From an uncultured delta proteobacterium (GTDB lineage: Bacteria; Desulfobacterota; Binatia; Binatales; Binataceae), in assembly GCA_963765675.1 (NCBI GenBank), contig CAVXXK010000001.1, forward strand, positions 1,792,001-1,856,000: DNA of 64,000 nt, read 5' to 3'. The translations under genes were made by a program, and so were the position numbers. Below are positions 9,520 to 18,757 of this stretch, one piece after another (within the stretch, counting starts at the first letter, position 1; the number at the start of each line of letters is the position of its first letter). The notes beneath the pieces are model-generated. The model was not told the DNA's origin and ran no database searches. It worked only from the letters and a program-made list of their open reading frames with translations.

Positions 9520-9885
9520 TTACTGGTTCGTGCGCAGCTCGATCGTGTTGCCGTCGGGGTCGAGGATCCATAACTGACGGCCCGCGCCCATGTTTGTCGG
9601 CGCTTCGAGGAACTCGATTCCCATCTCGGTCAGCGTCTTCTTTGCGGCATCGAAGTCTTCGACATCGAGCGCCAGATGCGGGCCGAGCGGGTCGGGTTTG
9701 CGCCCGCGATTTTCACTCTGGATCAGGTGAATCGCGTTGTCACCGACGCCGTACCATGCGCCGGGAAATCCAAAATCGGGACGCGGGAGCTTTTTGAGGC
9801 CGAGCACCTGTTCGTAGAACGCCATCGATTTGGGCGCGTCGCTGACGCGGACGGCGCAGTGGCTGAACTGTTTGGCTTTGATCAT
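9520..9885 (-). CDS. VOC / glyoxalase family protein
   Basis: HCAVRVSD..FYEQVLGL, HLALDV, DPDGNTIEL. Confidence 0.88.
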   Translation of the reverse strand: MIKAKQFSHCAVRVSDAPKSMAFYEQVLGLKKLPRPDFGFPGAWYGVGDNAIHLIQSENRGRKPDPLGPHLALDVEDFDAAKKTLTEMGIEFLEAPTNMGAGRQLWILDPDGNTIELRTNQ

Positions 9886-9942
9886 CGTCGGTAGTCTCCG
9901 ATCGCTGTTTAGCACGCGCGCACCGCGTACAGGAAACTATGC

Positions 9943-11112
9943 TTATTCGAACGCGTTCTCGCCGGTGATGTCGCGGCCGAGAATCAGCGTGTGCACGTCG
10001 AAGGTCCCTTCGTAGGTGTTCACCGTCTCGAGGTTCATCATGTGCCGGATGACGGGATACTCGTTCACGATCCCATTGGCGCCCAGCATGTCGCGCGCGT
10101 CGCGTGCGATCTTGAGCGCCTCGTTCACGTTGTTGCGCTTGGCGAACGAGACGTGCTCGGGACGGAGCTTGCCCTGGTCCTTCAGATGCGCCAAGCGCAG
10201 ACAGACCATCTGCGCCTTGGTGATCTCCGTCAGCATCTTGACCAGCTTGTTCTGCACGAGCTGATAACCGGCCAGCGGACGCGAGAACTGCTTGCGCGAT
10301 TTGGTGTAGTCCAGCGCGGTGTTGTAGCAGGTCCGCGCCGCGCCGATCGCTCCCCACGCGATTCCGTAGCGCGCCTGCGTCAGGCATCCGAGTGGACCTT
10401 TGAGTCCGCGCGCGTTCGGCAGATGCGCCGTCGCGGGAATTTTCACGTCTTCGAGGATCAATTCCGAGGTGATCGACGCGCGCATCGAGAACTTCCCGTG
10501 GATATCGCGGGTCGAGAATCCCGGCGTGCCTTTCTCGACGATAAAGCCGGTGATGCCCTGGTCAACTTTGGCCCACACGACCGCGACGTCGGCGATCGAG
10601 CCGTTGGTGATCCAGCGCTTGGTGCCGTTGAGAATCCATCCGTCGCCGTCCTTGCGCGCGCGGGTCTCCATCCCGCCCGGATCGGAACCGTGGTCGGGCT
10701 CGGTCAAGCCGAAGCATCCGAGAAGGTGCCCTTTGGCCATCTCCGGTAAGTAGCGTTTCTTCTGCTCCTCGGTGCCATTTGCATAAATTGCATACATCGC
10801 GAGCGAGCTCTGCACCGAGGCGAACGAGCGCAGGCCAGAGTCGCCGGCTTCGAGCTCCTGCATGATCAGGCCGTATGCGACGTTGTTCATTCCGGCGCAT
10901 CCGTAGCCCTTGAGATTGGCGCCAAACATCCCGAGTTCCGCCATCTGCGGGACCAGCTCGACGGCGAAGGTTTCGTTGGCGAAGTGACGCTCGACGTGCG
11001 GCAGCACCTCGCGCTGGACGAAGCGCTTGACCGTGTCGCGAGTCGCGCGTTCCTCGGTGGTCAGAAGGTCGTCGAGGTTGAAGAAATCGAGATCTTTTAA
11101 CGAATCCGCCAT
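9943..11112 (-). CDS. gcdH: Acyl-CoA dehydrogenase, glutaryl-CoA dehydrogenase-like
   Basis: DSGLRSFASVQSSL, CFGLTEPDHGSDP, NLETVNTYEGT.D.HTLILGR, as in the GcdH clade. Confidence 0.8.
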   Translation of the reverse strand: MADSLKDLDFFNLDDLLTTEERATRDTVKRFVQREVLPHVERHFANETFAVELVPQMAELGMFGANLKGYGCAGMNNVAYGLIMQELEAGDSGLRSFASVQSSLAMYAIYANGTEEQKKRYLPEMAKGHLLGCFGLTEPDHGSDPGGMETRARKDGDGWILNGTKRWITNGSIADVAVVWAKVDQGITGFIVEKGTPGFSTRDIHGKFSMRASITSELILEDVKIPATAHLPNARGLKGPLGCLTQARYGIAWGAIGAARTCYNTALDYTKSRKQFSRPLAGYQLVQNKLVKMLTEITKAQMVCLRLAHLKDQGKLRPEHVSFAKRNNVNEALKIARDARDMLGANGIVNEYPVIRHMMNLETVNTYEGTFDVHTLILGRDITGENAFE

Positions 11113-11351
11113 CTTAGACTCCGTCGCAAGATTGATGCTGAATTTTCACAAGATTTTCGCTACGCTTGTAGCTGCGTTGACACATTGAGCGGCCCCACCG
11201 CTCGCTAAGGACCTGTTAGCATCGTTCATCGCCCCACTTGACCCGTCCGTGCGCTTTCCGCAGGGTAATTAATGAAGTCTCGCAAGTTAACCACGGCTAC
11301 TGCTTGCCTGACTTTTAAGTATCACGTAGCCTAATGCGATAAGTAAGTAAT

Positions 11352-12332
11352 ATGCACATCGAAACGCTGAAGGTCTTCTGCGACATAATCGAAAGCGGGA
11401 GCTTTTCTTATGCCGCTTCCCAAAATTTTGTCACCCAGTCAGCGGTCAGCCAGCAGGTCCGCAGCCTCGAGGAAAAATACGACTGCCGATTGATAGAACG
11501 AGGCAGGGCGGGAGTCAAACCGACTCCGGCCGGCCAGATTCTGTACACCGCCAGCAAGGAAATCGTACGCCGATTCATGGAGCTGGAGAATCGGCTGCGC
11601 GAGATCGGTTCGGTAATCGCCGGCTCGATTCGCGTTGGCACGGTTTACAGCGTCGGGCTGCACGAGCTGCCGCCATACCTGACCGAGTTCCTGCGCAATT
11701 ATCCCGCGGTCAATGTGCACCTGGAATATTTGCGCTCGAACAAAATCTACGAAGATCTGATCGAGGGCAAGATCGATCTCGGTGTCGTCGCGTATCCAGC
11801 CAAACGAAGCCAAATCGTCTCGATCGCGTTTCGTCACGACGAGCTGGTCCTCGTCGTTCCTCCGGACAGCACGCTGACCAAGCACGGCAAGATCAGCGTC
11901 GGAGCGCTCTCGGGGCAGAAGTTCGTTGGCTACGAACGCGACATCGCCACCCGCAAAGCCTCGGATCGAATCCTGCGCGAGTACGGCGTCAAGCCTAATT
12001 ACGTGCTCGAATTCGACAATATCGAGACGATCAAGCGCGCGGTCGAGATCGGGCTCGGATGCGCGATCGTGCCGCGGATGACGGTGGAAAATGAAGTCAC
12101 GCGCGGGTCGCTAAGGGTGCTCGAATTTTCCGAGGGCACCTTCACCCGTCCACTCGCGATCATCTACAAGCGTGGACGCGAGCTTTCACCGGCGGTGCGC
12201 AAATTTATCGACGTGCTCACGCAGAGCAACATCCTGCCCAAAGTCGGCCGCGGAGAGCGCGCCGAACGTGGCGGCCGCGCGGAGCGGCTGACCTCTGCGG
12301 ATGGTCCTGAGAAGGCGGAAAAAACGGCGTAA
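11352..12332 (+). CDS. LysR-family transcriptional regulator
   Basis: N-terminal HTH (SFSYAA...TQSAVSQQVRSLE) plus substrate-binding domain. Divergent from the acyl-CoA dehydrogenase. Confidence 0.92.
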   Translation: MHIETLKVFCDIIESGSFSYAASQNFVTQSAVSQQVRSLEEKYDCRLIERGRAGVKPTPAGQILYTASKEIVRRFMELENRLREIGSVIAGSIRVGTVYSVGLHELPPYLTEFLRNYPAVNVHLEYLRSNKIYEDLIEGKIDLGVVAYPAKRSQIVSIAFRHDELVLVVPPDSTLTKHGKISVGALSGQKFVGYERDIATRKASDRILREYGVKPNYVLEFDNIETIKRAVEIGLGCAIVPRMTVENEVTRGSLRVLEFSEGTFTRPLAIIYKRGRELSPAVRKFIDVLTQSNILPKVGRGERAERGGRAERLTSADGPEKAEKTA

Positions 12333-12351
12333 CGACGAAGCTCCAAAAGCA

Positions 12352-12391
12352 AAAACGGCCGGATGCGCGAGGCGTCCGGCCGTTTCTTTTT
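12352..12391 (+). terminator. Rho-independent terminator, probably bidirectional
   Basis: AAAACGGCCGGATGC-GCGAG-GCGTCCGGCCGTTTCTTTTT hairpin with T-tract between the convergent LysR and amidase genes. Confidence 0.8.
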
Positions 12392-12419
12392 CGGTGGCTT
12401 CGTTTGGGTTCGTTCTGAT

Positions 12420-13838
12420 TTAGAGCGGGGGCGCTTTAAAGCCGCCGAGCTCCTGTTCGAGCAGCTTTCCGACCGCGAGCACCTCTTCTTCTCCGAAAGC
12501 GCGGCCCATCACCTGTACTCCCGTTGGCAGTCCGTCCTGATCGCGGCCCGCCGGAAGCACCAGGCCCGGAAGCCCGCCGCAGTTCCCAATGAGCGCCGGC
12601 CAGTTGGCGGTGAACAGCGGAAACATCTTGCCGTCGATATCGACCTCGGTCTTGCCGTGCGGAAACGCGTTTACACAGAATGGCGGCAGGATCAGGATCG
12701 GATAGCGTTCCATGAACTCCGCGAGCTTGATGCGCCAGGTGTCGCGCGCGATCGAGGTGAGAAAATATTCGGCCGCAGTTTTGCCCGGACCTGCACCCGC
12801 CAGCATGTTGCGCAGCCGCTCGCGCGACAGATGCAGCTTGTCGCCCATAATGCCCGCCAGCAGCGCGCCGCCGTCCGCCATCGCGTACGCGAACCACAGG
12901 CCCGCGGCCTCCTCGACCGGAGGCTTCACTTCCTCGACCGTCACGCCGGTTTTTTCGAGCGCGCGCGCCGCGCGAATGGTCGCCTCGCGGATCGCGCGCG
13001 CAACCGGAACCTCGCCGGCGGCGGTAAAGAATCCCACGCGGATTTTCTTCACATCGACGCGCTCCGGATGCGCCTCGGGTGTCGGCGCGGTGTAAGGAGC
13101 GGTCGGATGCGGTCCCTTGATGATGTTGTAAGAGAGGGTCAGGTCGTCGACGTAGCGCGCCATCGGACCGATGGTCGCCATATGCGCGATCGGCGGCGGC
13201 GCGACTCCAGGAGACATGTGTCCGCTGCCGGGAATCGTGCCCCAGCTCGGTTTCAGTCCGGCCACGCCGCAAAAGTGCGACGGGATGCGGATCGATCCGC
13301 CGTAGTCCGAGCCCAGCCCAAGCGGCGACATCCCGGTAGCGAGCGCAGCCGCTTCGCCGCCGCTGGAACCCCCTGGCACGCGCTCATGATTCCACGGATT
13401 GTTGGTCGCGCCGAAGACGGGATTGTCGCAATCGTAATCGAGCGTCATTTCAGGCGTGTTGGTTTTCGCGATAATAATCGCGCCGGCCGCACGCAGCCGC
13501 GCCACGGTGGGCGCGTCGTAGGTGGCGACGTGATGCTCGAAAATCTTCATCCCCCAGGTCGAGCGGACGCCGGCGGTGATGATCGAATCCTTGATCGTGA
13601 TCGGCAGCCCTTCCAGCGGCCGCGCTTCGCCCTTTTTTGCAAGCCGAGCGTCACTGGCTCCGGCTTCTTCGATCGCGCGCTCTTCGACCAGGGTTACGAC
13701 CGCGTTGAGGTTGTGATTGACCGACTCGATCCGCTCGATAAAAGCGTCGACCATCTCGGTGGACGAGACTTCACGCGCCTTGAGCATCGCCGTGAGCTTG
13801 TGCGCCGGCGCGAAAAAGAGATCTTTGGAAAATGGCAT
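12420..13838 (-). CDS. Amidase signature family protein
   Basis: IKD, GGSSGG, GSDYGGSIRIP (Lys-cisSer-Ser triad). Confidence 0.92.
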   Translation of the reverse strand: MPFSKDLFFAPAHKLTAMLKAREVSSTEMVDAFIERIESVNHNLNAVVTLVEERAIEEAGASDARLAKKGEARPLEGLPITIKDSIITAGVRSTWGMKIFEHHVATYDAPTVARLRAAGAIIIAKTNTPEMTLDYDCDNPVFGATNNPWNHERVPGGSSGGEAAALATGMSPLGLGSDYGGSIRIPSHFCGVAGLKPSWGTIPGSGHMSPGVAPPPIAHMATIGPMARYVDDLTLSYNIIKGPHPTAPYTAPTPEAHPERVDVKKIRVGFFTAAGEVPVARAIREATIRAARALEKTGVTVEEVKPPVEEAAGLWFAYAMADGGALLAGIMGDKLHLSRERLRNMLAGAGPGKTAAEYFLTSIARDTWRIKLAEFMERYPILILPPFCVNAFPHGKTEVDIDGKMFPLFTANWPALIGNCGGLPGLVLPAGRDQDGLPTGVQVMGRAFGEEEVLAVGKLLEQELGGFKAPPL

Positions 13839-13959
13839 TTAGAACCTCGTGGGGCGCGTTTCGCGCCGCTGCACCGCCGGTAATACCATCGACCGCGCGC
13901 CATTGCACGTGCCTCGCACGCGCCATTACGCGGCCGGCACGACCGCGGTTCCAGGGTGG

Positions 13960-15243
13960 TCAGACTTCGCGGCGGACCAGGGCGAGCGGCGGGCGCGAAT
14001 CGACGCGGCCCGAGTTCTGACGAGCTTCGCGGCGCGCCTCCAGCACACTGCCAACCAGGAAGGTCGCGAGCACTCCGAGTACGTTCAGGGAGGTATCAAC
14101 GATCGGAGTGTGGCCGGCGAGATTGATCGCGATATAGCTAAGCGAGCTCAGCAGGACACCCGCTCCATAAACCGGCAGCGAATGGCGGCCGCAGGCTAGA
14201 AACGGCGCGGCGATCCTGGAACGAAGCCATCCGGCTTGCGGCGCAACGAAATAGGCGACCATGTACAGCAGCGCAAGAACGTTGATTATCCGCATCGGCG
14301 CGAGCAACGTCTTGTCCGCAGGCCACAAATATATCGGAGGATTAAACAGTCCCAAGCCGACTGCGGCATTGCGCCACGGCGCCGCCATCACGACAGCAAA
14401 GCTGGTGAACGCGATAGCGGCCGCGACGATCATGGTTCTCGCGCTGGCGGACACCTTGATGGGCTTGGTTTTGCTCACATACCCGAGCGTGATTCCGATT
14501 ACATAGAGGAGTTGCCACGTGAACGGATTGAAGTACCAGACCTCGCCCTGATTTCCCGCGGGCAAATTGAATCCCGCCCATCGCGTCAACAGATAGATCG
14601 CCAGCGAGGCCCCGAGCGCGACGCGCATGTCGCGCTTGACCATCCAGATAACGCCCGGCGCAAGCGCGAGCAGAATCAGGTAGAGCGGCAGGATGTCGAG
14701 ATTGTTGGGCAGAAACCGCAGCGTGACGGCTGCGAAGATCGCATCGCGCGGCGCGTCGAATAGCCATCGCATCCGAAGGAAATCCAGGTACTCGGGGCGA
14801 TCCAGCCACCAGGCCGACAGCAGCAGCGCCAGCGCGACGCCGAACAGCAGAAGCAGGTGCGAATAGTAAATCTTGATCCATCGCCGGCCGATCGTGCCCG
14901 AGCATCGCAGGAACCCTTCGCGCTCGAGCTTTCCGCTGTACGCGAGATATGAAGATATCCCCGAGATCAAAACGAAGACTTCGGCCGCGTCACAGAAGGC
15001 GAACTTTCGAAGCGTCCAGTTGCTCAGCGGATTGCCGGGAACGTGATCGATGAAAATGATGATCAGCGCAAGGCCGCGGCAGAAGTCGAGCCGATAGTCC
15101 CGCTCGCTCTTGACGGCCAGCGCGACGGCAGGAGCCGGCGTGGCGGAGTCGGGAGCCTCAAGCCGTCTCGTGGTCTGAAACTTGCGCGTCAGCCGGGGCT
15201 TTAGGGGAGTCGCTTCGTGGGCGATTGTGCCGGCGTCTGACAT
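13960..15243 (-). CDS. opgC: OpgC-family membrane protein (periplasmic glucan modification)
   Basis: RD.RLDF.RGLAL..IFIDH.P, DAAEVFV.ISG, DILPLY, W.FNPF.WQLL, GRHSL motifs. Confidence 0.85.
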   Translation of the reverse strand: MSDAGTIAHEATPLKPRLTRKFQTTRRLEAPDSATPAPAVALAVKSERDYRLDFCRGLALIIIFIDHVPGNPLSNWTLRKFAFCDAAEVFVLISGISSYLAYSGKLEREGFLRCSGTIGRRWIKIYYSHLLLLFGVALALLLSAWWLDRPEYLDFLRMRWLFDAPRDAIFAAVTLRFLPNNLDILPLYLILLALAPGVIWMVKRDMRVALGASLAIYLLTRWAGFNLPAGNQGEVWYFNPFTWQLLYVIGITLGYVSKTKPIKVSASARTMIVAAAIAFTSFAVVMAAPWRNAAVGLGLFNPPIYLWPADKTLLAPMRIINVLALLYMVAYFVAPQAGWLRSRIAAPFLACGRHSLPVYGAGVLLSSLSYIAINLAGHTPIVDTSLNVLGVLATFLVGSVLEARREARQNSGRVDSRPPLALVRREV

Positions 15244-15262
15244 GGTTGATCGTGATTGCCGA

Positions 15263-15278
15263 AGCAATAGTTCTGCCA
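15263..15278 (-). promoter_or_regulatory. Putative sigma-54 (-24/-12) promoter for opgC
   Basis: Minus strand TGGCAGAACTATTGCT is TGGCA..TTGC with exact GG-N10-GC spacing, about 20 nt upstream of ATG 15243. Confidence 0.6.
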
Positions 15279-15602
15279 CGTTGTCGAGCGAGTCAGGAGA
15301 CCCCTGCGCTTTAACCTTCCTCTCGAAGGATGACGCACAATAGGTTCTCATGGTTGCGAGATATTCGCCAACCAAATGAACGATCTGCCGGATATGGAAA
15401 AATTTGCCCGACAAATCGCGCGGTCTGTCATGTTTCCTCTGAGCGCAGAATCGCGCCGAACGCCGCGCGCGAAGGCCATGCACAATGCAACATGCTGCCT
15501 ATCGCAGAAGCATCAAATGGCGCTCGAGCGCCAACCACGCTTGCTATAGGAGAGAGATCTGCCGTACGCGTATGCGCAATCATATTGCCGGAGGCTCGTG
15601 AG

Positions 15603-15992
15603 ATGGAATTGAAACTTGACGCGATTGCGCCAGTGTTCCTGGTCGAAGATGTAAGGCGCGCGGCGGAATATTATCGCGACCGGCTCGGCTTCAGCCTGAC
15701 GGAATATTTTGGTGAGCCACCGGCCTTCACGATCGTTCGCCGCGACGCGGTTCGAATCGCCTTGCGACGCGTCGGAGACGTGAAGGGTGGTTCGAATCGC
15801 GCGCGCAACACCGAGGGCTTCGACGCATATATCTGGGTCAGCGATATCGACGCGCTTTACGAACAGTTCCTGACCAACAAAGCGCCGGTGTCAGGTCCGC
15901 CGGAACTGCAGGTGTACGGTATTCGTGAACTCTGGATCCGCGATCTCGACGGCTACGTCGTGACCTTCGGGCAGTTCGCGACTCCTTCCTGA
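15603..15992 (+). CDS. VOC / bleomycin-resistance family protein
   Basis: PVFLVEDV..AAEYYRDRLGF, YGIRELWIRDLDGY. Confidence 0.85.
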   Translation: MELKLDAIAPVFLVEDVRRAAEYYRDRLGFSLTEYFGEPPAFTIVRRDAVRIALRRVGDVKGGSNRARNTEGFDAYIWVSDIDALYEQFLTNKAPVSGPPELQVYGIRELWIRDLDGYVVTFGQFATPS

Positions 15993-16174
15993 CTTATCTC
16001 GAGCGCAGCCGAAGCGCGACGGCCGTCAGGCCGCTCCCAACCTTCAAGTGTGCTTGACGACGCGGCAGAGTAACGAATTTTTTCGCGCACCTCGCTTGCG
16101 TGACGCGAATGAGCGCAACGCCGCGACGCGACGAGGGTCGCAGCAGCAAGCCGCGCGCTCTATCCGCGGGCGAT

Positions 16175-16771
16175 CTACTCGATACTCGTGCTCGGCAGCG
16201 CAGGCGCGCTCTTCACCGGACCGGAGCCGCTATCCATCGGCTGCGCGCCGGAAGGATACGCGCTCGAACCCGTCGACGCGACCGGCGCGGGGGGCGGTGG
16301 CATCGGCGCCATCGGCTGCACCGCGGATGCGCCAGTAGTGTCAGGCGGCGGGGGTGGTGCGGTCTCGGTCGGGCCGCTGAAGTTGATCGGCTCCTCGCCT
16401 GCGACCATCTGAGGCGTCAGCACATAATCACCGCCCAGAGAACTGCGCCAGATCGTGTCTGCGGTCTGCGTGTTGCCGGCGGTCAAAAGGAACGCCGCTC
16501 CGCCGCCGATTCCGCCCAATACCGCATAGACCAGTTTGGCCGGGATGTAGAGCACGTTGCCGAGCAATGCCGCCGCGCCGTAGCCCGCGCCGGGCCAGTT
16601 CACCCCGCCCTCGTTGGGTTGCGGTACCTGGACCGGGGTTGCTCCCGCGGCGGGCGCGGTTTGCGCCTGCGCGAGACTGTTTGCCAAGGGACCGATCGGC
16701 ATCGCGAGCATCGCCGCCAACGCGTATGCCGCAATCCGATTCCGATGGTTAAGAACTTTCACGATTCGCAT
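16175..16771 (-). CDS. Hypothetical exported/membrane protein with Pro-rich C-terminal tail
   Basis: Signal-peptide-like N-terminus, Gly-rich hydrophobic core (NVLYIPAKLVYAVLGG), low-complexity P/S/A tail. Confidence 0.7.
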   Translation of the reverse strand: MRIVKVLNHRNRIAAYALAAMLAMPIGPLANSLAQAQTAPAAGATPVQVPQPNEGGVNWPGAGYGAAALLGNVLYIPAKLVYAVLGGIGGGAAFLLTAGNTQTADTIWRSSLGGDYVLTPQMVAGEEPINFSGPTETAPPPPPDTTGASAVQPMAPMPPPPAPVASTGSSAYPSGAQPMDSGSGPVKSAPALPSTSIE

Positions 16772-16815
16772 ATGCATCCTCCGATAAAACTCCACCGCAC
16801 CACTTGCGACTTTGG

Positions 16816-17547
16816 TTATTCCGTTTTCACCACCGCGCCGGATGGCAGGAGATCCATCAGATGACGGAACGCGCGGTCCAGATATTCGGCGTCCTTTGAT
16901 TCGAGCGTAAGCTTGACGCGGTACTCGGGATTTCCGATCCGCGGATACGAACCCAACATCAATTCGGGAAAGGCGGCTACGCAGGCGTCCAGGTGCTCGG
17001 CGATAATCCCTTCGGTCGCCTGCGTGTAAATCGCACGCATGAAATAGGGATCGGTCGCGAAGCGCGGTTTGAGGGCCGCGAGTTTGGCTTCGAATAGCTG
17101 CGGGATCCCCGGCAGGACGTAGACATTTTCGATCTGCACGGTCGGGAAGCGGATATCGCCGCCGTGGTTCAGAATCGCGCCCTCGGGCACGAAGGCCATC
17201 TTGAGGCCGGCCTTGTTGAGCTTGTCGGTGAAATGCTGCCGAATCAGCGCTTCGAGCTCCGGATCGATCACGAGCGCGCGTTTGAACGCGGCGGCGACGC
17301 CTTCCATCGTCAGGTCGTCATGGGTGGGGCCGACGCCGCCCGAAGTGATAACGAAGTCGTAGCGCGCCGCGCACCATGCGACTTCCTGCGCGATAACTGG
17401 AATTTCATCCGGGATAGTTGCGACGCGCATCAGCGCCACGCCGGCGGTGCGCAATTCGCGTGCGGCGAAATAGGCATTGGAATCCTGCACCTTACCGGAC
17501 AGGATTTCATTGCCAATCACGATCAGCGCGCACGTGCGTTCCCGCAT
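16816..17547 (-). CDS. CinA-like / molybdopterin-binding domain protein
   Basis: IGNEILSGKVQDSN, TSGGVGPTHDDLT, LPGIP. No PncC domain. Confidence 0.88.
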   Translation of the reverse strand: MRERTCALIVIGNEILSGKVQDSNAYFAARELRTAGVALMRVATIPDEIPVIAQEVAWCAARYDFVITSGGVGPTHDDLTMEGVAAAFKRALVIDPELEALIRQHFTDKLNKAGLKMAFVPEGAILNHGGDIRFPTVQIENVYVLPGIPQLFEAKLAALKPRFATDPYFMRAIYTQATEGIIAEHLDACVAAFPELMLGSYPRIGNPEYRVKLTLESKDAEYLDRAFRHLMDLLPSGAVVKTE

Positions 17548-17703
17548 CGCTCTGCCTCGACCATCCTCCGCACCTGACACATTATCCCGTGCCGCGCATC
17601 CAGCGGCAAGACGAATCGGTTCCACGGTCCCCCTTCCTCCGCGCGCGGCGATTGCGCGAGGATGCACAGCCTGACCCGCGGGTATTCCGCCATTCGCAGG
17701 TCA

Positions 17704-17898
17704 GTGCATGTCCGCCCCGGGATTTCTCGCCTGCGGCTCGAAATGACGGACGTGGGCGTGGCGCATGATCCTCATATTGTCACCCGAGCCCCGATCGTCA
17801 TTTCGACCGAAGGGAGAAATCCCGGGGCGGACATACTCCGAGTGGCCATATCATGCAGCGGTTCCTCGGACGCGCATCGTCGCGCGCGCGGATGATAC
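17704..17898. repeat. GTCATT-type REP-like cluster (partial copy of the composite element)
   Basis: GGGATTTCTCGCCTGCGGCTCGAAATGAC ... GTCATTTCGACCGAAGGGAGAAATCCC with an extended inverted flank (17704-17838) and a degenerate outer unit to about 17898. Confidence 0.8.
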
Positions 17899-17915
17899 GC
17901 CGCGAATCACCGGCA

Positions 17916-18419
17916 TCAGCCGCGGAGCAGGCGCTGGAGATTCTCGAGGTCGCGGCGCACTTCGCTCAGCACGCGACGCGTCGGAGCGTCGGAGGGCCGC
18001 GAATCGCTAATGCCGTTGCGCGGCGCAGGAGACGACGCGGCGGTTCGCGATGCCGTGGGCTTGGCGCCCTCGCCGAGCATCAGCGCGTCGATTCCGTGTT
18101 CCTTGATGTGCTTGTTCGCACCCGCGATCGTGAAGCCCTGCTGATGCAGCAGCCGCTTGATCAGTCCCAGCACTTCGAGGTCGCGTGCGTGGTAGAAGCG
18201 ATGACGCGTGCGGGTATGCTTGGGCTTCAGAAACGGGAACTGGGTTTCCCAAAAGCGCAGGACGTAAGTCTCCACCCCGATTCGTTCGGCGGCTTCTCCG
18301 ATCTTGAGGCCGCGCTCGGGAATTTCCGCGGCGCGCGCCGCCGCGATCTTCTTTACTGGCTTGGCCGGCTTCGCCGGTTTGGCGCGTTTGCGTTTTGGCG
18401 TGGGTTTGTTTCGGGTCAT
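17916..18419 (-). CDS. MerR-family HTH transcriptional regulator
   Basis: KIGEAA..IGVETYVLRFWETQFP.LKP...R.Y; conserved position after ihfA. Confidence 0.88.
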   Translation of the reverse strand: MTRNKPTPKRKRAKPAKPAKPVKKIAAARAAEIPERGLKIGEAAERIGVETYVLRFWETQFPFLKPKHTRTRHRFYHARDLEVLGLIKRLLHQQGFTIAGANKHIKEHGIDALMLGEGAKPTASRTAASSPAPRNGISDSRPSDAPTRRVLSEVRRDLENLQRLLRG

Positions 18420-18709
18420 GGCTTCCCGGACGTGCCGTTGTTCACTCGGTCCTTCAGAACCTGACTCGGCTTGAAGGATAGCACGCGCCGGGAGTCAATT
18501 GTGATAGGGGCGCCGGTTTGAGGATTGCGTCCGCGGCGGGCGTGCTTGTGATTGACGATGAAGGTGCCGAAGCCGGAGATCTTCACCCGCTCGTCGTTGC
18601 GCAGGCCGTCCTTGATAATCGCGAAGACCGCTTCAACGATTTCACAGGCTTCCTTTTTCGAGGAGCCCACCCGCTCGTAGATCAGATCCACGAGGTCGGC
18701 TTTGGTCAT
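18416..18709 (-). CDS. ihfA: Integration host factor subunit alpha
   Basis: MTKADLV, VKISGFG.F, GRNPQTG, FKPSQVLK; follows pheT. Confidence 0.9.
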   Translation of the reverse strand: MTKADLVDLIYERVGSSKKEACEIVEAVFAIIKDGLRNDERVKISGFGTFIVNHKHARRGRNPQTGAPITIDSRRVLSFKPSQVLKDRVNNGTSGKP

Positions 18710-18757
18710 GCCCTGCGGCGTATAGGTCCCCACCCGTTCGCTCGCTACGAGCACGCT

